64,000 nucleotides of DNA, from NCBI GenBank assembly GCA_964203225.1, contig CAXNMK010000002.1:417664-481663 (forward strand), read 5' to 3'. A program made the position numbers and the translations under genes. Under the pieces are notes generated by a model. The model ran no database searches. It was not told the DNA's origin and saw only the letters and a program-made list of their open reading frames with translations. Positions 34,432 through 47,673 of this stretch are shown one piece after another (positions within the stretch are counted from its first letter, which is position 1; every line of letters starts with the position of its first letter). The DNA comes from Kofleriaceae bacterium (GTDB lineage: Bacteria; Myxococcota_A; Polyangia; Haliangiales; Haliangiaceae).

Positions 34432-34548
34432 GAGCTGACCGAGCTGACCCAGTTGACCCAGTTGACCCAGTTGACCCAGTTGACCCAGTTGACCCAGTTG
34501 ACCCAGTTGACCCAGTTGACCCAGTTGACCCAGTTGACCCAGTTGACC
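34432..34548. repeat. Perfect 9-bp tandem repeat: two copies of GAGCTGACC followed by eleven copies of CAGTTGACC. It lies in the divergent promoter region between the acyltransferase gene and the next plus-strand gene.
   Basis: Seen directly in the sequence. It is followed by a C9 homopolymer at 34561-34569. Confidence 0.9.
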
Positions 34549-34678
34549 CAGTTGCTCGGGCCCCCCCCCACGGCGCAGATCCTACCTCCGTCGGCCGCCT
34601 CCCGTCGGCCGCCCCCGTCGGCCGCCCCCGGCGGCCGCCCCCGGCCGATCGGCGGCCCGCGTGGTAACATCGGCAACG

Positions 34679-35509
34679 ATGATCGAGAGCTTCGTCGACC
34701 TCACGTACCGCGGGCTGTCGCTCGGACGGCGCGTGAAGCTGACCTCCGTGAGCGCCGGCACCGGCTATCTCGAGACCCCCGCGCCGATGCCCGTGGGCAC
34801 GTCGATCGCGCTCGCGACGGACGAGGGGCTGACCCTGGTCGCGATCGTCCGCGCCGTTCACGAGCAGGTCGGTGGCTCGGAGCGGGTGCCCGGCATGCTC
34901 GTCGCGCCGGGCTTCGACCAGGCCGAGCACGCGGCGTGGTGGACCGCGCGGATCGCGCCCGAGGGCCCGGCCGCGCCGGCCCCGGATCCGGTCGAGCCAC
35001 CGCGGACGCTCACCGTGCGGCCGCGCTCGCACACGATCCCCGAGCCGCTGGTGATGGCGACGCTCTCCGAGGACGCCGCGGGCGGCCGCACGGTCGCGAT
35101 GAGCGTGGTCATCCCCGACGAAGTCGCCGCGTCCGAGCCCGAGCAGGTCGGGGCGACCCAGGTGATGGACGCCGTCGATCCGGAGCTGCTCGCCCAGCTG
35201 CTCGGCCCCGGGGGCGGCGGCCCCATCGACAACAGCCCCGCGCTCCGCGAGGAGGCGGGGCGCCTGCCGTCCGATCGGGTCGCCCTGGCGACCACGGGCC
35301 CGCACGCGGTGCAAGACGACAGCCGCGCGACCACCGTGATGGACGTGATCAATCCTGCCTCGCTCGGCTTCGACGCCAGCGGCAGCTTTCCGGTCACCGA
35401 CGACGAGGTCGATGCCGGCGCCGGCGCCGAGGCCGAGGCCGAGGCCGCGCCCTCGAAGAAGGCGGCGAGCGGCGCCGCCAAGAAGCCACGCAACAAGAAG
35501 CCGCGGTGA
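34679..35509 (+). CDS. Hypothetical protein, possibly with a degenerate PilZ-like N-terminal domain, and a basic C-terminal tail.
   Basis: The N-terminus reads MIESFVDLTYRGLSLGRRVKL...SVSAGTGYLE. The remainder is acidic and disordered, and the protein ends ...KKPRNKKPR. Confidence 0.5.
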   Translation: MIESFVDLTYRGLSLGRRVKLTSVSAGTGYLETPAPMPVGTSIALATDEGLTLVAIVRAVHEQVGGSERVPGMLVAPGFDQAEHAAWWTARIAPEGPAAPAPDPVEPPRTLTVRPRSHTIPEPLVMATLSEDAAGGRTVAMSVVIPDEVAASEPEQVGATQVMDAVDPELLAQLLGPGGGGPIDNSPALREEAGRLPSDRVALATTGPHAVQDDSRATTVMDVINPASLGFDASGSFPVTDDEVDAGAGAEAEAEAAPSKKAASGAAKKPRNKKPR

Positions 35510-36474
35510 GCTCGATCAGGCCCCGGCCGGTGATCCCTCCCCGCGTGCGGGCCGGGCAGACCATCGGCATCGTCGCGCCCGCGGGGCCGGTGCGGCCGGA
35601 GCGGCTGCAGGCGGGGCTGGCGCGGTTCGCGGCCCAGGGCGGGGATGCCTACCGGATCCGGCTCGCGCCGAGCCTGTCCGCGCCGCGCCCGGCGGGCCTG
35701 CCGAGCTACCTGGCCGCATCCGACGAGGTCCGGCTCGCCGAGCTGCAGGCGATGATCGATGATCCGGACGTCCGGGCGATCATCCTCGCGCGCGGCGGGT
35801 ACGGGATCATGCGCCTGCTGACCCACCTGGATCCCGCGCGCCTGCGGGCCGATCCCAAGCCGATCGTCGGGTTCTCGGACGCGACCGCGCTGCTCGCGTG
35901 GGCGTACGCGGCCGGCGTGCGCGGCATCCACGGCCCGGTGATCGCGCAGCTCGGCGATCTCGCGGACGCCGACATCGCGACGCTGCTCGCGCGGCTGACC
36001 TCGACGACGCCGCCCGGCGCGCGGCCGTGGGCGCTGACCTCGCACGGCACCGGCCGGCACGCGGGCCCGTTGATCGCCGCCAACCTGACGCTCGCGTCGA
36101 TGCTGACCGGCACACCGTGGCAGCTGCCCCTCGCGGGCTCGATCGCGCTGCTCGAGGAGGTCGGGGAGAAGCCCTACGAGCTCGATCGCTACCTGACCCA
36201 CCTCCTGCTCGCGGGCGCGCTCGCACAGCCGGCCGCCGTGGTGCTCGGCGATCTCACGCGCTGCGCCGATCCACGGCCCCCGACCGGGGAGCCCGATCCG
36301 CCGGACGCCGCCCTCGCGGTGCTACTCGAGCGGCTCGCCGCCGCCGGCCGCCCGGTCGCGGTGGGCGCGCCCGTCGGGCATGGCACCCGCAACGAGGCGG
36401 TGCCGTTCGGCGCCCACGCCGAGCTCGATCTCGATCGCGGCGAGCTCGTGATCACCGAGCCCGCGGTCGCCTGA
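35506..36474 (+). CDS. ldcA: LD-carboxypeptidase (muramoyltetrapeptide carboxypeptidase, S66 family).
   Basis: The nucleophile-elbow motif GFSDATAL is present, and the C-terminal catalytic region contains ...EEVGEKPYELDR.... The GTG start overlaps the previous stop. Confidence 0.85.
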   Translation: MSSIRPRPVIPPRVRAGQTIGIVAPAGPVRPERLQAGLARFAAQGGDAYRIRLAPSLSAPRPAGLPSYLAASDEVRLAELQAMIDDPDVRAIILARGGYGIMRLLTHLDPARLRADPKPIVGFSDATALLAWAYAAGVRGIHGPVIAQLGDLADADIATLLARLTSTTPPGARPWALTSHGTGRHAGPLIAANLTLASMLTGTPWQLPLAGSIALLEEVGEKPYELDRYLTHLLLAGALAQPAAVVLGDLTRCADPRPPTGEPDPPDAALAVLLERLAAAGRPVAVGAPVGHGTRNEAVPFGAHAELDLDRGELVITEPAVA

Positions 36475-36493
36475 GCGCCGCCGGGCGTCCCGC

Positions 36494-36778
36494 TCAGTGC
36501 ACCAGTACGTCGTCCTCGGGTCCGAGCTCGATGGCGCCGTGGCGCTCCTCGTAGCGCTCGAGGTTCTTCTGGAGCGCCTGCAGCAGCCGCTTGGTGTGCT
36601 TGGGCGAGGAGATCACCCGGGCGCGAACCTTCGCACGGCCGCTGCTCGGCTGGATGAACGCGAAGTCGAGCAAGAACTCGTTCTCCGTGTGGTTGAGCAG
36701 CACGAGGTTCGAGTAGACCCCCTGCGACACGTCATCGTCGATCTGGACCTGGAGCTTGGGGGGCGCGTCGTCGGACAT
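36494..36778 (-). CDS. DUF3467 family protein.
   Basis: The 94-aa product reads MSDDAPPKLQVQIDDDVSQGVYSNLVLLNHTENEFLLDFAFIQP..., which is a DUF3467-type sequence. Confidence 0.7.
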   Translation of the reverse strand: MSDDAPPKLQVQIDDDVSQGVYSNLVLLNHTENEFLLDFAFIQPSSGRAKVRARVISSPKHTKRLLQALQKNLERYEERHGAIELGPEDDVLVH

Positions 36779-36981
36779 CGGCTGGACCTTACGCGATCCC
36801 GGTGAACCGGGATCGGCGTGCGAACGATCGTCCGTCGGTGGCCACCCGAGTGGCCGCTGTGTGGTCGCGCGGTGACAGGATCCGCGGCCAGCTTGACACC
36901 TGTCGGATTGGTTGATGGTGGTGCGCGACGCCAAGCGCGCGAATCTACGTCGGTACCCCCGTGCCGAGCCCGATCGGGCGC

Positions 36982-36998
36982 CTGGCACCGATTCTGCT
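36982..36998 (+). promoter_or_regulatory. Candidate sigma-54 (-24/-12) promoter, cTGGCACcgattcTGCtt.
   Basis: A GG at 36984-85 and a GC at 36996-97 are separated by exactly 10 nt. The sequence matches TGGCAC-N5-TTGC at 9 of 10 conserved positions. Confidence 0.45.
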
Positions 36999-37007
36999 TT
37001 TGAACAT

Positions 37008-37238
37008 CTTGACCCAGCGCGGTGCGCGCGCCTCGGAGCGGCGAGCGCGGCGCGAAGGCCGATTCCTGACAACAGAAGCTTCCTGCGCGCGACGCAGAGC
37101 GAACGTTTCGACTCGGTGGATGACCGGCGGTCCCTCCCCCTCATGCCGCGGGTCTCCCCCACCACCTGAGGCAATCAGTAGCTCGGCGATTCAGCGCCCC
37201 GGCCCTCCTTGGCCCCCCTTGGAGGGCCTTTGTTTTTT
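37008..37238 (+). ncRNA. Candidate sigma-54-dependent small RNA, or a terminated leader, of about 230 nt and unassigned family.
   Basis: The candidate is bounded by the sigma-54 promoter on one side and a strong intrinsic terminator on the other. No credible ORF lies inside it. It sits in a 480-bp gap between divergent genes. Confidence 0.35.
37197..37238 (+). terminator. Rho-independent terminator.
   Basis: A GGCCCTCC / GGAGGGCC stem of 8 GC-rich bp is followed by TTTGTTTTTT. It lies 25 nt upstream of the ruvX start. Confidence 0.6.
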
Positions 37239-37262
37239 CGGCGTGCGCGATACTCACCTCCG

Positions 37263-37688
37263 GTGAGAGCACTCGGCCTCGATGTCGGCACCAAGACGAT
37301 CGGCCTCGCGCTCACGGACGAGGCCGAGGTCGCGGCGCATCCGCTCGGTGTGCTGCCACGGACCGGCAACGTCAGCGATGCGAGAGCCGTCGCCGCGCTG
37401 TGCGTCACCCACGGCGTGTCCGACGTCGTCGTGGGGATGCCGTTCGAGCTGTCGGGCCGGGTGGGCCACCGGGCCCGCCGCGTGCTCGAGCTGGTCACCA
37501 CCCTGCGCGCCGGGCTGCCTCCGGAGGTCGCGCTCCACGAGCACGACGAGCGGTTCTCGACCGCGGAGGCGCAGCGCATCCTGCTGGGCGCGGACGTGTC
37601 CCGGGCGCGCCGCAAGCAGGTGATCGACCAGCAGGCGGCCACCGTCATCCTCCAGGGGTGGCTCGACTGCCACCGCCGGGCGAAGTAA
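37263..37688 (+). CDS. ruvX: Holliday-junction resolvase-like protein RuvX/YqgF.
   Basis: The N-terminus VRALGLDVGTKTIGLALTDE is typical of YqgF, and the product is about 140 aa. Confidence 0.85.
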   Translation: MRALGLDVGTKTIGLALTDEAEVAAHPLGVLPRTGNVSDARAVAALCVTHGVSDVVVGMPFELSGRVGHRARRVLELVTTLRAGLPPEVALHEHDERFSTAEAQRILLGADVSRARRKQVIDQQAATVILQGWLDCHRRAK

Positions 37689-37699
37689 CGTCCCCTCCG

Positions 37700-38863
37700 A
37701 TGTCCCAGCGTTCGTTCCGGACTGCGCTCGCCGTCGTGCTCGGCACGCTCGCCCTGCTGGCCGGGCTGTCCGGGTACTTCGTGCACCGCGCCCTCAGCTA
37801 CCCCGGGGAGGCGCACGCGGGCACCGGCGCGGACATCGAGGTCGAGATCAAGACCGGCATGAGCTTCCCGTCGGTCGCCTCGACGCTCGCGCGCGCGGGC
37901 GTGATCGCCAAGCCGACGTGGTTCCGCCTGTTCGCGATGTGGGAGGGCAAGACCACGCAGGTCAAGCCGGGCAAGTACCTCCTCAAGAACAACGCCACCC
38001 CGCGCGAGGTGCTGGCGAACATCACCGAGGGCGTCAAGGAGGTGTCGATCCGCGTGACCCTGCCCGAGGGCCGCACCATGCTCGAGTTCTTCGAGGCGAT
38101 CGAGAAGGCGTGCCCCGACGGCGTGGCGCCGCCGTGCCCGTCGATCGCCAAGGCCACGGAGCTCGAGGCGCTCGCGCGCGACAAGGCGTTCCTCGGCAAG
38201 TTCGCGATCACCGCGGACACCGTCGAGGGTCACCTGTTCCCCGACACCTACCAGTTCCGCGTCGGCGAGAAGCCGACCGTCGTGCTGACTCGCCTGATCA
38301 CGCGCCACCAGGCGGTGTGGAACGAGCTGGCGGGCAAGCACCCGCGCGACACCGCGCGGCTCAAGGCGCTGCTCGGGTGGAGTGATCGCGACATCCTGAC
38401 GATGGCGTCGATCGTCGAGAAGGAGGCGGTCGAGCCATCCGAGCGGCCGCGCATCGCGCAGGTGTTCATCAACCGACTGTCGAAGTCGTTCAAGCCACGC
38501 AAGCTGCAGACCGATCCGACGATCCGCTACGGCTGCACCGTGCCCGCGCAGACGTCGGCCGCCTGCATCGCGTGGCACGAGCCGTGCCTGAAGGCCGGCA
38601 AGCCGAAGGGCTGCGATCGCCTGCACCGCGCGCAGCTCGACGACACCGACAACCCGTACAACACCTACGCCATCGAGGGCCTGCCGCCGGGCCCGATCTC
38701 GAACCCGGGCAAGGCGTCGATCGAGGCCACGCTGTCGCCGGACGGCAGCGACTACTTCTTCTTCGTCGCCACCTCGAAGGGCTCGCGCAGCCACGCGTTC
38801 GCGAAGACCGTGGGCGAGCACGAGCGCAACGTGCAGAAGTACGTCGGCACGCTCGGAGACTGA
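37700..38863 (+). CDS. mltG: Endolytic murein transglycosylase MltG (YceG-like).
   Basis: An N-terminal TM anchor is followed by a YceG domain (...VTLPEGRTMLEFFEAIEKA...HLFPDTYQF...NTYAIEGLPPGPISNP...). Confidence 0.9.
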   Translation: MSQRSFRTALAVVLGTLALLAGLSGYFVHRALSYPGEAHAGTGADIEVEIKTGMSFPSVASTLARAGVIAKPTWFRLFAMWEGKTTQVKPGKYLLKNNATPREVLANITEGVKEVSIRVTLPEGRTMLEFFEAIEKACPDGVAPPCPSIAKATELEALARDKAFLGKFAITADTVEGHLFPDTYQFRVGEKPTVVLTRLITRHQAVWNELAGKHPRDTARLKALLGWSDRDILTMASIVEKEAVEPSERPRIAQVFINRLSKSFKPRKLQTDPTIRYGCTVPAQTSAACIAWHEPCLKAGKPKGCDRLHRAQLDDTDNPYNTYAIEGLPPGPISNPGKASIEATLSPDGSDYFFFVATSKGSRSHAFAKTVGEHERNVQKYVGTLGD

Positions 38864-39058
38864 GCCCCCGGGGGCGGCGAGCCCGCGCGACCTCGTCGCC
38901 GGGCCAGCGGGGGCATCGCCTCGCGTTCGCCGCGACCGGCACGGCGCTGGGCGCTGTTCGACCTCGACCGATGGCCTGAACGTTCTGTCCGCGTGTAGGT
39001 AGCCGTGGCCACGACATGGCCTTTCGGCACGACCCCGTTTTCTGTCAACGTACGAGAG

Positions 39059-40762
<1,704 letters not shown>

Positions 40763-40792
40763 CGCGGCTGACCAGGCGACGGGGCCAGCCGA

Positions 40793-41533
40793 TCACAGCG
40801 CCGGGTTCGGCTGCGCGACGACGTCGATCTCGGTCCGGATCGACACCGCGACCTCGGAGCCGACGGTCGCGCCCGCCGGGATCACGCGGTTGGCGCGGCG
40901 CAGGCGCAGCTCGTTGGTCTCGGCCTGGTCAGGCTTGGCCTTGAGCGCGCCGGCGGACAGCGCATAGGTGCCGCTGTCGGTGATCGCGATGGTGTCGATC
41001 TCGGGGACGTCGAGGGACGCGGTGTCGGCAGCCTGGCGACGATCCCACGCGAGGTCGAGCACCAGCGTGGAGTCGACGGTCGCGCCCATCAGCGGCGCCG
41101 AGAACGTGTGGATGTCCGGGCCATCGACGCGCACGCCGGTGACCTCGTCGGCGCCGCTCACCACGTCGAGGCCGTAGACCTCGTCGTAGCCGGGCGCGGC
41201 GCCCTCCCAGTCGTTGTTGTTCTGCGAGCTGTACGTCAGCGGGAACGACCCGCTCGCGCTGGTCACGGTGACCTCGCCGGTGGTGACCGTGACTCCGTTG
41301 AGCTGGATGCGGATCCGGAACTCGGTCGTGAAGTCCGCCGCGAGCTCGGCGTTGGGGCGGTTCGAGTCCGCGCTGATGCTGCCCTCGATGCGCAGCGTGC
41401 CCGTGCCACCGCCGGTGTCGTTGCCCGCGCCCGGCTCGAAGGCCGACGAGGTCCCACCGCACGCGGTGAGCGCGCTCGCGGTGAGGAGGCCGAGGACGAC
41501 GGTGAGGGTGTCAGGCTTGGAGACGTTAGTCAT
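40793..41533 (-). CDS. Hypothetical lipoprotein.
   Basis: The signal and lipobox read [27 protein letters not shown]. The product is a 246-aa Thr/Ser/Gly-rich, beta-rich protein. Confidence 0.55.
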   Translation of the reverse strand: MTNVSKPDTLTVVLGLLTASALTACGGTSSAFEPGAGNDTGGGTGTLRIEGSISADSNRPNAELAADFTTEFRIRIQLNGVTVTTGEVTVTSASGSFPLTYSSQNNNDWEGAAPGYDEVYGLDVVSGADEVTGVRVDGPDIHTFSAPLMGATVDSTLVLDLAWDRRQAADTASLDVPEIDTIAITDSGTYALSAGALKAKPDQAETNELRLRRANRVIPAGATVGSEVAVSIRTEIDVVAQPNPAL

Positions 41534-41796
41534 ATGCGACCAGGATCGACCAGGCGGGGAGCCCGCGTCAACCTGCGCGCGCTCGATGCACCTGTCGGCG
41601 TCATCTCGATCACGAACCCACATCGTCGCCGTGACACGAGTGTCCGGGTCGTTGCCACGCGGTCGCGCCTGGCGTCCGTGGAGGGAGAGGCGGGCGTGAG
41701 GCGCGCGCGTCGTCGAGGAACCGGCGGTGATCCGTCGCGGCAGCTCGTCCGGCGCGCGGCCAGACGACGCGGGGGGCGTGTGGTACGATCGCCTCC

Positions 41797-43839
<2,043 letters not shown>

Positions 43840-43847
43840 CGGCGCAC

Positions 43848-44066
43848 ATGAGCGATCCGCTCGGTAAAGGGCTGGTCACCGTCGAGCTCAACCACACGCT
43901 GGCCGAGCTGCTGGCCAAGCTGTGCGTCGAGCTCGACACCGACGACGCGGTGGGCGTGATGTCCCGCGCGCTCGGCCTGCTCGAGATGGTGCAGCGCACG
44001 CGCCGCCAGGGTGGGCGGCTGTGCTTCGTCAACGAGCGCGGCGACGTCGCCGACGTGGCGTTCTGA
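43848..44066 (+). CDS. Small hypothetical protein of 72 aa, lying between prkA and yhbH.
   Basis: The ATG is in frame and fills the prkA-yhbH gap. The sequence is not low complexity ([30 protein letters not shown]...). Confidence 0.4.
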   Translation: MSDPLGKGLVTVELNHTLAELLAKLCVELDTDDAVGVMSRALGLLEMVQRTRRQGGRLCFVNERGDVADVAF

Positions 44067-44079
44067 CAGGAGGCTCGGG

Positions 44080-45190
44080 ATGAGTCAGAAGATCGATCTC
44101 GACCACGGCCGGTTCCGGCAGATCATCCGCGGCAAGATCAAGCAGGGCCTGCGCAAGTACATCTCGCAGGGCGAGATGATCGCCAAGAAGGGCAACGACA
44201 AGGTCTCGATCCCGCTGCCCTCGGTCGACATCCCGCGGTTCAAGCACGGGGACAAGCAGCAGGGCGGCGTCGGGCAGGGCCGGGGCGACGTCGGCGACTC
44301 CCTCGGCAAGGACGGCGAGGCGCAGCCGGGCGCGGGCCAGGCCGGCGATCGCCCGGGCGAGCACCTGACCGACGTCGAGATCTCGCTGCAGGAGCTCGCC
44401 GAGATCATGGGGGAGGAGCTCGAGCTCCCGCGCATCCTGCCCAAGGGCACCGAGAAGATCGTCGCCTGGAAGGACAGGTACTCGGGCATCCGCACCACGG
44501 GCCCCGAGTCGCTGCGCCACTTCCGCCGCACGTACAAGCAGGCGATGCGCCGCCAGATCTCGATGGGGACGTACGACCCCAAGAACCCGGTGATCGTCCC
44601 GATCAAGGACGACAAGCGTTACCGGTCGTGGCGCCGCGATCCGCTGCCGCAGTCCAACGCCGTCATCATCTACATGATGGACGTGTCGGGCTCGATGGGC
44701 GACGAGCAGAAGGAGATCGTCCGGATCGAGAGCTTCTGGATCGACACCTGGCTGCGGTCCCAGTACCACGGCATCGAGAGCCGGTACGTGATCCACGACG
44801 CGATGGCCAAGGAGGTCGATCGCGACACGTTCTTCAAGACCCGCGAGTCCGGCGGCACGATGACTCAGCTCCGCGTACAAGCTGTGCGCGAAGATGATCG
44901 CCGACGAGTACCCCTCGGAGCTGTGGAACATCTACCCGTTCCACTTCTCCGACGGCGATAACTGGAGCGTCGACGACACGCACACGTGCGTCGAGCTGCT
45001 CAAGAAGGACGTCCTGCCGTACGTCAATCTGTTCTCGTACGGCCAGGTCGAGTCGCCCTACGGCTCGGGCCAGTTCATCAAGGACCTGACCGAGCACTTC
45101 GACGACGACGAGCGCGTGGTGACCTCCGAGATCAAGGGCAAGGACGCGATCATGGACTCCATCAAGGAGTTCCTCGGGAAGGGGAAGTAG
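44080..45190 (+). CDS. yhbH: YhbH/YeaH (DUF444) family protein, interrupted by an apparent frameshift near 44870.
   Basis: A GGAGG sits before the ATG. The N-terminal 265 aa are DUF444-like (...[17 protein letters not shown]...). The C-terminal part continues in another frame ([34 protein letters not shown]...). The sequence is consistent with a missing 2 bp after ...ESGGTM. Confidence 0.8.
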
Positions 45191-45197
45191 TAGCCCG

Positions 45198-46706
45198 ATG
45201 AGCATCAAGCGCTTCCCGGCCTACCTGCGCGACATGCAGGAGGAGATCGAGGGCTACGCGGTCAAGTACGGGCTCGACTTCTTCCCGATCCTGTACGAGG
45301 TCCTCGACTACAAGACGATGAACGAGGTCGCCGCCTACGGCGGGTTCCCCACGCGGTACCCGCACTGGCGGTTCGGCATGGACTACGAGCAGCTCAGCAA
45401 GAGCTACGAGTGGGGCCTGTCGAAGATCTACGAGATGGTGATCAACACCAACCCCGCGTACGCGTACCTGCTCGAGGGGAACTCGCTGACCGACCAGAAG
45501 ATCGTGATGGCGCACGTGTGTGCCCACGTCGACTTCTTCAAGAACAACTACTTCTTCAGCAAGACCAACCGGAAGATGATCGACGGCATGGCGAACCACG
45601 CGGCGCGCGTGCGGCGCCACATGGGGCGCCACGGACAGGACGTCGTCGAGGACTTCATCGACACCTGCCTGTCGCTCGAGAACCTGATCGATCCGATGAG
45701 CGCGTACATCCAGCGCGCGCCGCGGCCCAAGGTCGCGCTGCCCGACGAGCTGTCCGAGGACGACGCCGGCGGGATCGGTCGCCTGCGGTCCAAGGGCTAC
45801 ATGGATTCCTTCATCAACCCCCCCGAGTACCTCGCGGCGCAGAAGAAGAAGAAGGAGGAGGAGCAGAAGAAGCAGAAGCGGCGGTTCCCCGACCAGCCGC
45901 AGCGCGACGTCCTCGCGTTCCTGCTCGAGCACGCGCCCCTCGATAACTGGCAGCGCGACGTCCTCGAGATCGTCCGCGACGAGGCCTACTACTTCGCGCC
46001 CCAGGCGATGACCAAGATCATGAACGAGGGCTGGGCCTCGTACTGGCACTCGAAGATCCTCACCGAGAAGGCGCTGACCGCCGCCGAGGTGATTGACTAC
46101 GCCGACGCCAACGCCGGCGTACTCGCGACCTCGCCGGGCCGGCTCAACCCCTACAAGCTCGGCGTCGAGCTGTTCCGCAGCATCGAGGACCGCTGGAACA
46201 AGGGGCAGTTCGGCAAGGAGTGGGACGAGTGTGACTCGATGGAGCAGAAGCGGAATTGGGACCGGCGCACGGGCCTGGGGCCCAGGCGGATCTTCGAGGT
46301 CCGCAAGCTCTACAACGACATCACGTTCATCGACGAGTTCTTCACGCTCGAGTTCTGCGTCGAGCAGAAGTTCTACTCGTTCGGGTTCTCCGAGCGCAGC
46401 AGCAGCTGGGAGATCATGAGCCGGGACTTCAAGAAGGTGAAGGACCAGATGCTCAAGCAGCTCACCAACCGCGGCCAGCCGGTGATCGTGGTCGAGGACG
46501 GCAACTTCGAGAACCGGAGCGAGTTGCTCCTCAAGCACATCCACGAAGGCATCGATCTCGACGCATCGCAAGCGCGGGACACGCTGCGGAACGCGAGCAA
46601 GCTGTGGACGCGTCCCGTCAGCCTGTTGACCAAGGTCGAAGGGAAGGGGAAGCTGCTCCGGTGCGAGGACGGCAACCTGAGCGAGCGGTCGGCGGAGTAC
46701 GTGTGA
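45198..46706 (+). CDS. spoVR: SpoVR family protein.
   Basis: The 502-aa product is SpoVR-like across its full length (...[13 protein letters not shown]...). Confidence 0.95.
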   Translation: MSIKRFPAYLRDMQEEIEGYAVKYGLDFFPILYEVLDYKTMNEVAAYGGFPTRYPHWRFGMDYEQLSKSYEWGLSKIYEMVINTNPAYAYLLEGNSLTDQKIVMAHVCAHVDFFKNNYFFSKTNRKMIDGMANHAARVRRHMGRHGQDVVEDFIDTCLSLENLIDPMSAYIQRAPRPKVALPDELSEDDAGGIGRLRSKGYMDSFINPPEYLAAQKKKKEEEQKKQKRRFPDQPQRDVLAFLLEHAPLDNWQRDVLEIVRDEAYYFAPQAMTKIMNEGWASYWHSKILTEKALTAAEVIDYADANAGVLATSPGRLNPYKLGVELFRSIEDRWNKGQFGKEWDECDSMEQKRNWDRRTGLGPRRIFEVRKLYNDITFIDEFFTLEFCVEQKFYSFGFSERSSSWEIMSRDFKKVKDQMLKQLTNRGQPVIVVEDGNFENRSELLLKHIHEGIDLDASQARDTLRNASKLWTRPVSLLTKVEGKGKLLRCEDGNLSERSAEYV

Positions 46707-46746
46707 CGGGGGCGGGCGCCCAGGCATCCGGCTGGAGCGGCCGGGC

Positions 46747-47667
46747 GTGAAGCTCTGGGGGTGGGGCCAGTCCGATCCAGGGCGCAAGCGCGAGCGGAAC
46801 GAGGACAGCTACCTCGTCGATCCGGCGCTCGGCGTCCTGGTCGTCGCCGATGGCATGGGAGGGCATCAGGGGGGGGCCACGGCCAGCCGGATGGCCGTCG
46901 AACACGTCCGCCTCGAGCTGGCGGGAGCCAGCGGTGACTACGAGGGGGCGCTCCGCGACCAGCCTGGCACCGTGCGCACGACCGGCGACATGGACGCCGT
47001 GGACGTCCCCGACCCCGGGGATCTGCCCACGCTTCCCAGCGAGCTGTACCGGCCGAACGGCAGCGTGGCGCCCACGCCGATGGCCGGCTTCGAGGTGACC
47101 CCGCCCGCGGCGATGCCGTACACGCCCGTGCTCGAGGTGATGCGGAGCGTGGTGAAGCGGGCGAGCGCGGCGATCTTCGAGGCCGCCTGGGAGCGACCCG
47201 AGCTCCGCGGCATGGGCACCACCCTGACCGCCGTGCTGGTCCACAACGGCCGCGCTCACCTGGTGCATGCCGGGGATTCGCGCTGCTACCTGTTCCGCGA
47301 CGGGCAGCTCCGCCAGCTCACCGACGATCACTCGTGGATCGCCGAGCAGCTGCGCTCGGGCTCGATCACCGAGGCCGAGGCCAGGACCAGCAAGTTCCGC
47401 CACGTGATCACCAAGTCGGTCGGGTTCGAGCGCCAGATCGAGGTGGATTCGAAGACCGTCCCGCTGTCGGCCGGCGACTGCCTGCTGCTGTGCTCCGATG
47501 GGATGTCGAACTACGTGGAGCACGGCGAGCTCGAGCGGATCATGGCGATGACCTGGTACCGCAAGCTGCCGCAGACGCTGATCGACCTCGCGAACAGCCG
47601 CGGCGGCGACGACAACATCACGGTCGTTGTCGGGATGATCGGCAACGCGCCGCCCCCGGAGGCGTGA
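46747..47667 (+). CDS. PP2C-family Ser/Thr protein phosphatase.
   Basis: The PP2C motifs ...VADGMGGH..., ...AGDSRCYL... and ...SDG...[10 protein letters not shown] are present, with an inserted acidic loop. Confidence 0.85.
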   Translation: MKLWGWGQSDPGRKRERNEDSYLVDPALGVLVVADGMGGHQGGATASRMAVEHVRLELAGASGDYEGALRDQPGTVRTTGDMDAVDVPDPGDLPTLPSELYRPNGSVAPTPMAGFEVTPPAAMPYTPVLEVMRSVVKRASAAIFEAAWERPELRGMGTTLTAVLVHNGRAHLVHAGDSRCYLFRDGQLRQLTDDHSWIAEQLRSGSITEAEARTSKFRHVITKSVGFERQIEVDSKTVPLSAGDCLLLCSDGMSNYVEHGELERIMAMTWYRKLPQTLIDLANSRGGDDNITVVVGMIGNAPPPEA

Positions 47668-47673
47668 GCGCGC

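Noticed and set aside
34105-36474. 789-aa plus-strand ORF that fuses the (LTQ)n repeat, the hypothetical gene and ldcA.
   Set aside because: It is a read-through artefact. The upstream part is antisense to the acyltransferase and repeat-encoded. The real genes start at 34679 and 35506.
36779-37240. Assignment of the candidate RNA to SRP RNA, tmRNA, RNase P or 6S RNA.
   Set aside because: The conserved motifs GGAAGCAGCC (SRP), a GGTTCGA T-loop with a CCA end (tmRNA) and GAAAGTCC (RNase P) were not found. The family is left unassigned.
36912-37266. Plus-strand ORFs 36912..37169 and 36961..37266 inside the candidate sRNA interval.
   Set aside because: They are Arg/Ala/Pro-rich with no ribosome-binding site. 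The only ATG downstream of the predicted TSS encodes 8 aa. The interval is better explained as non-coding.
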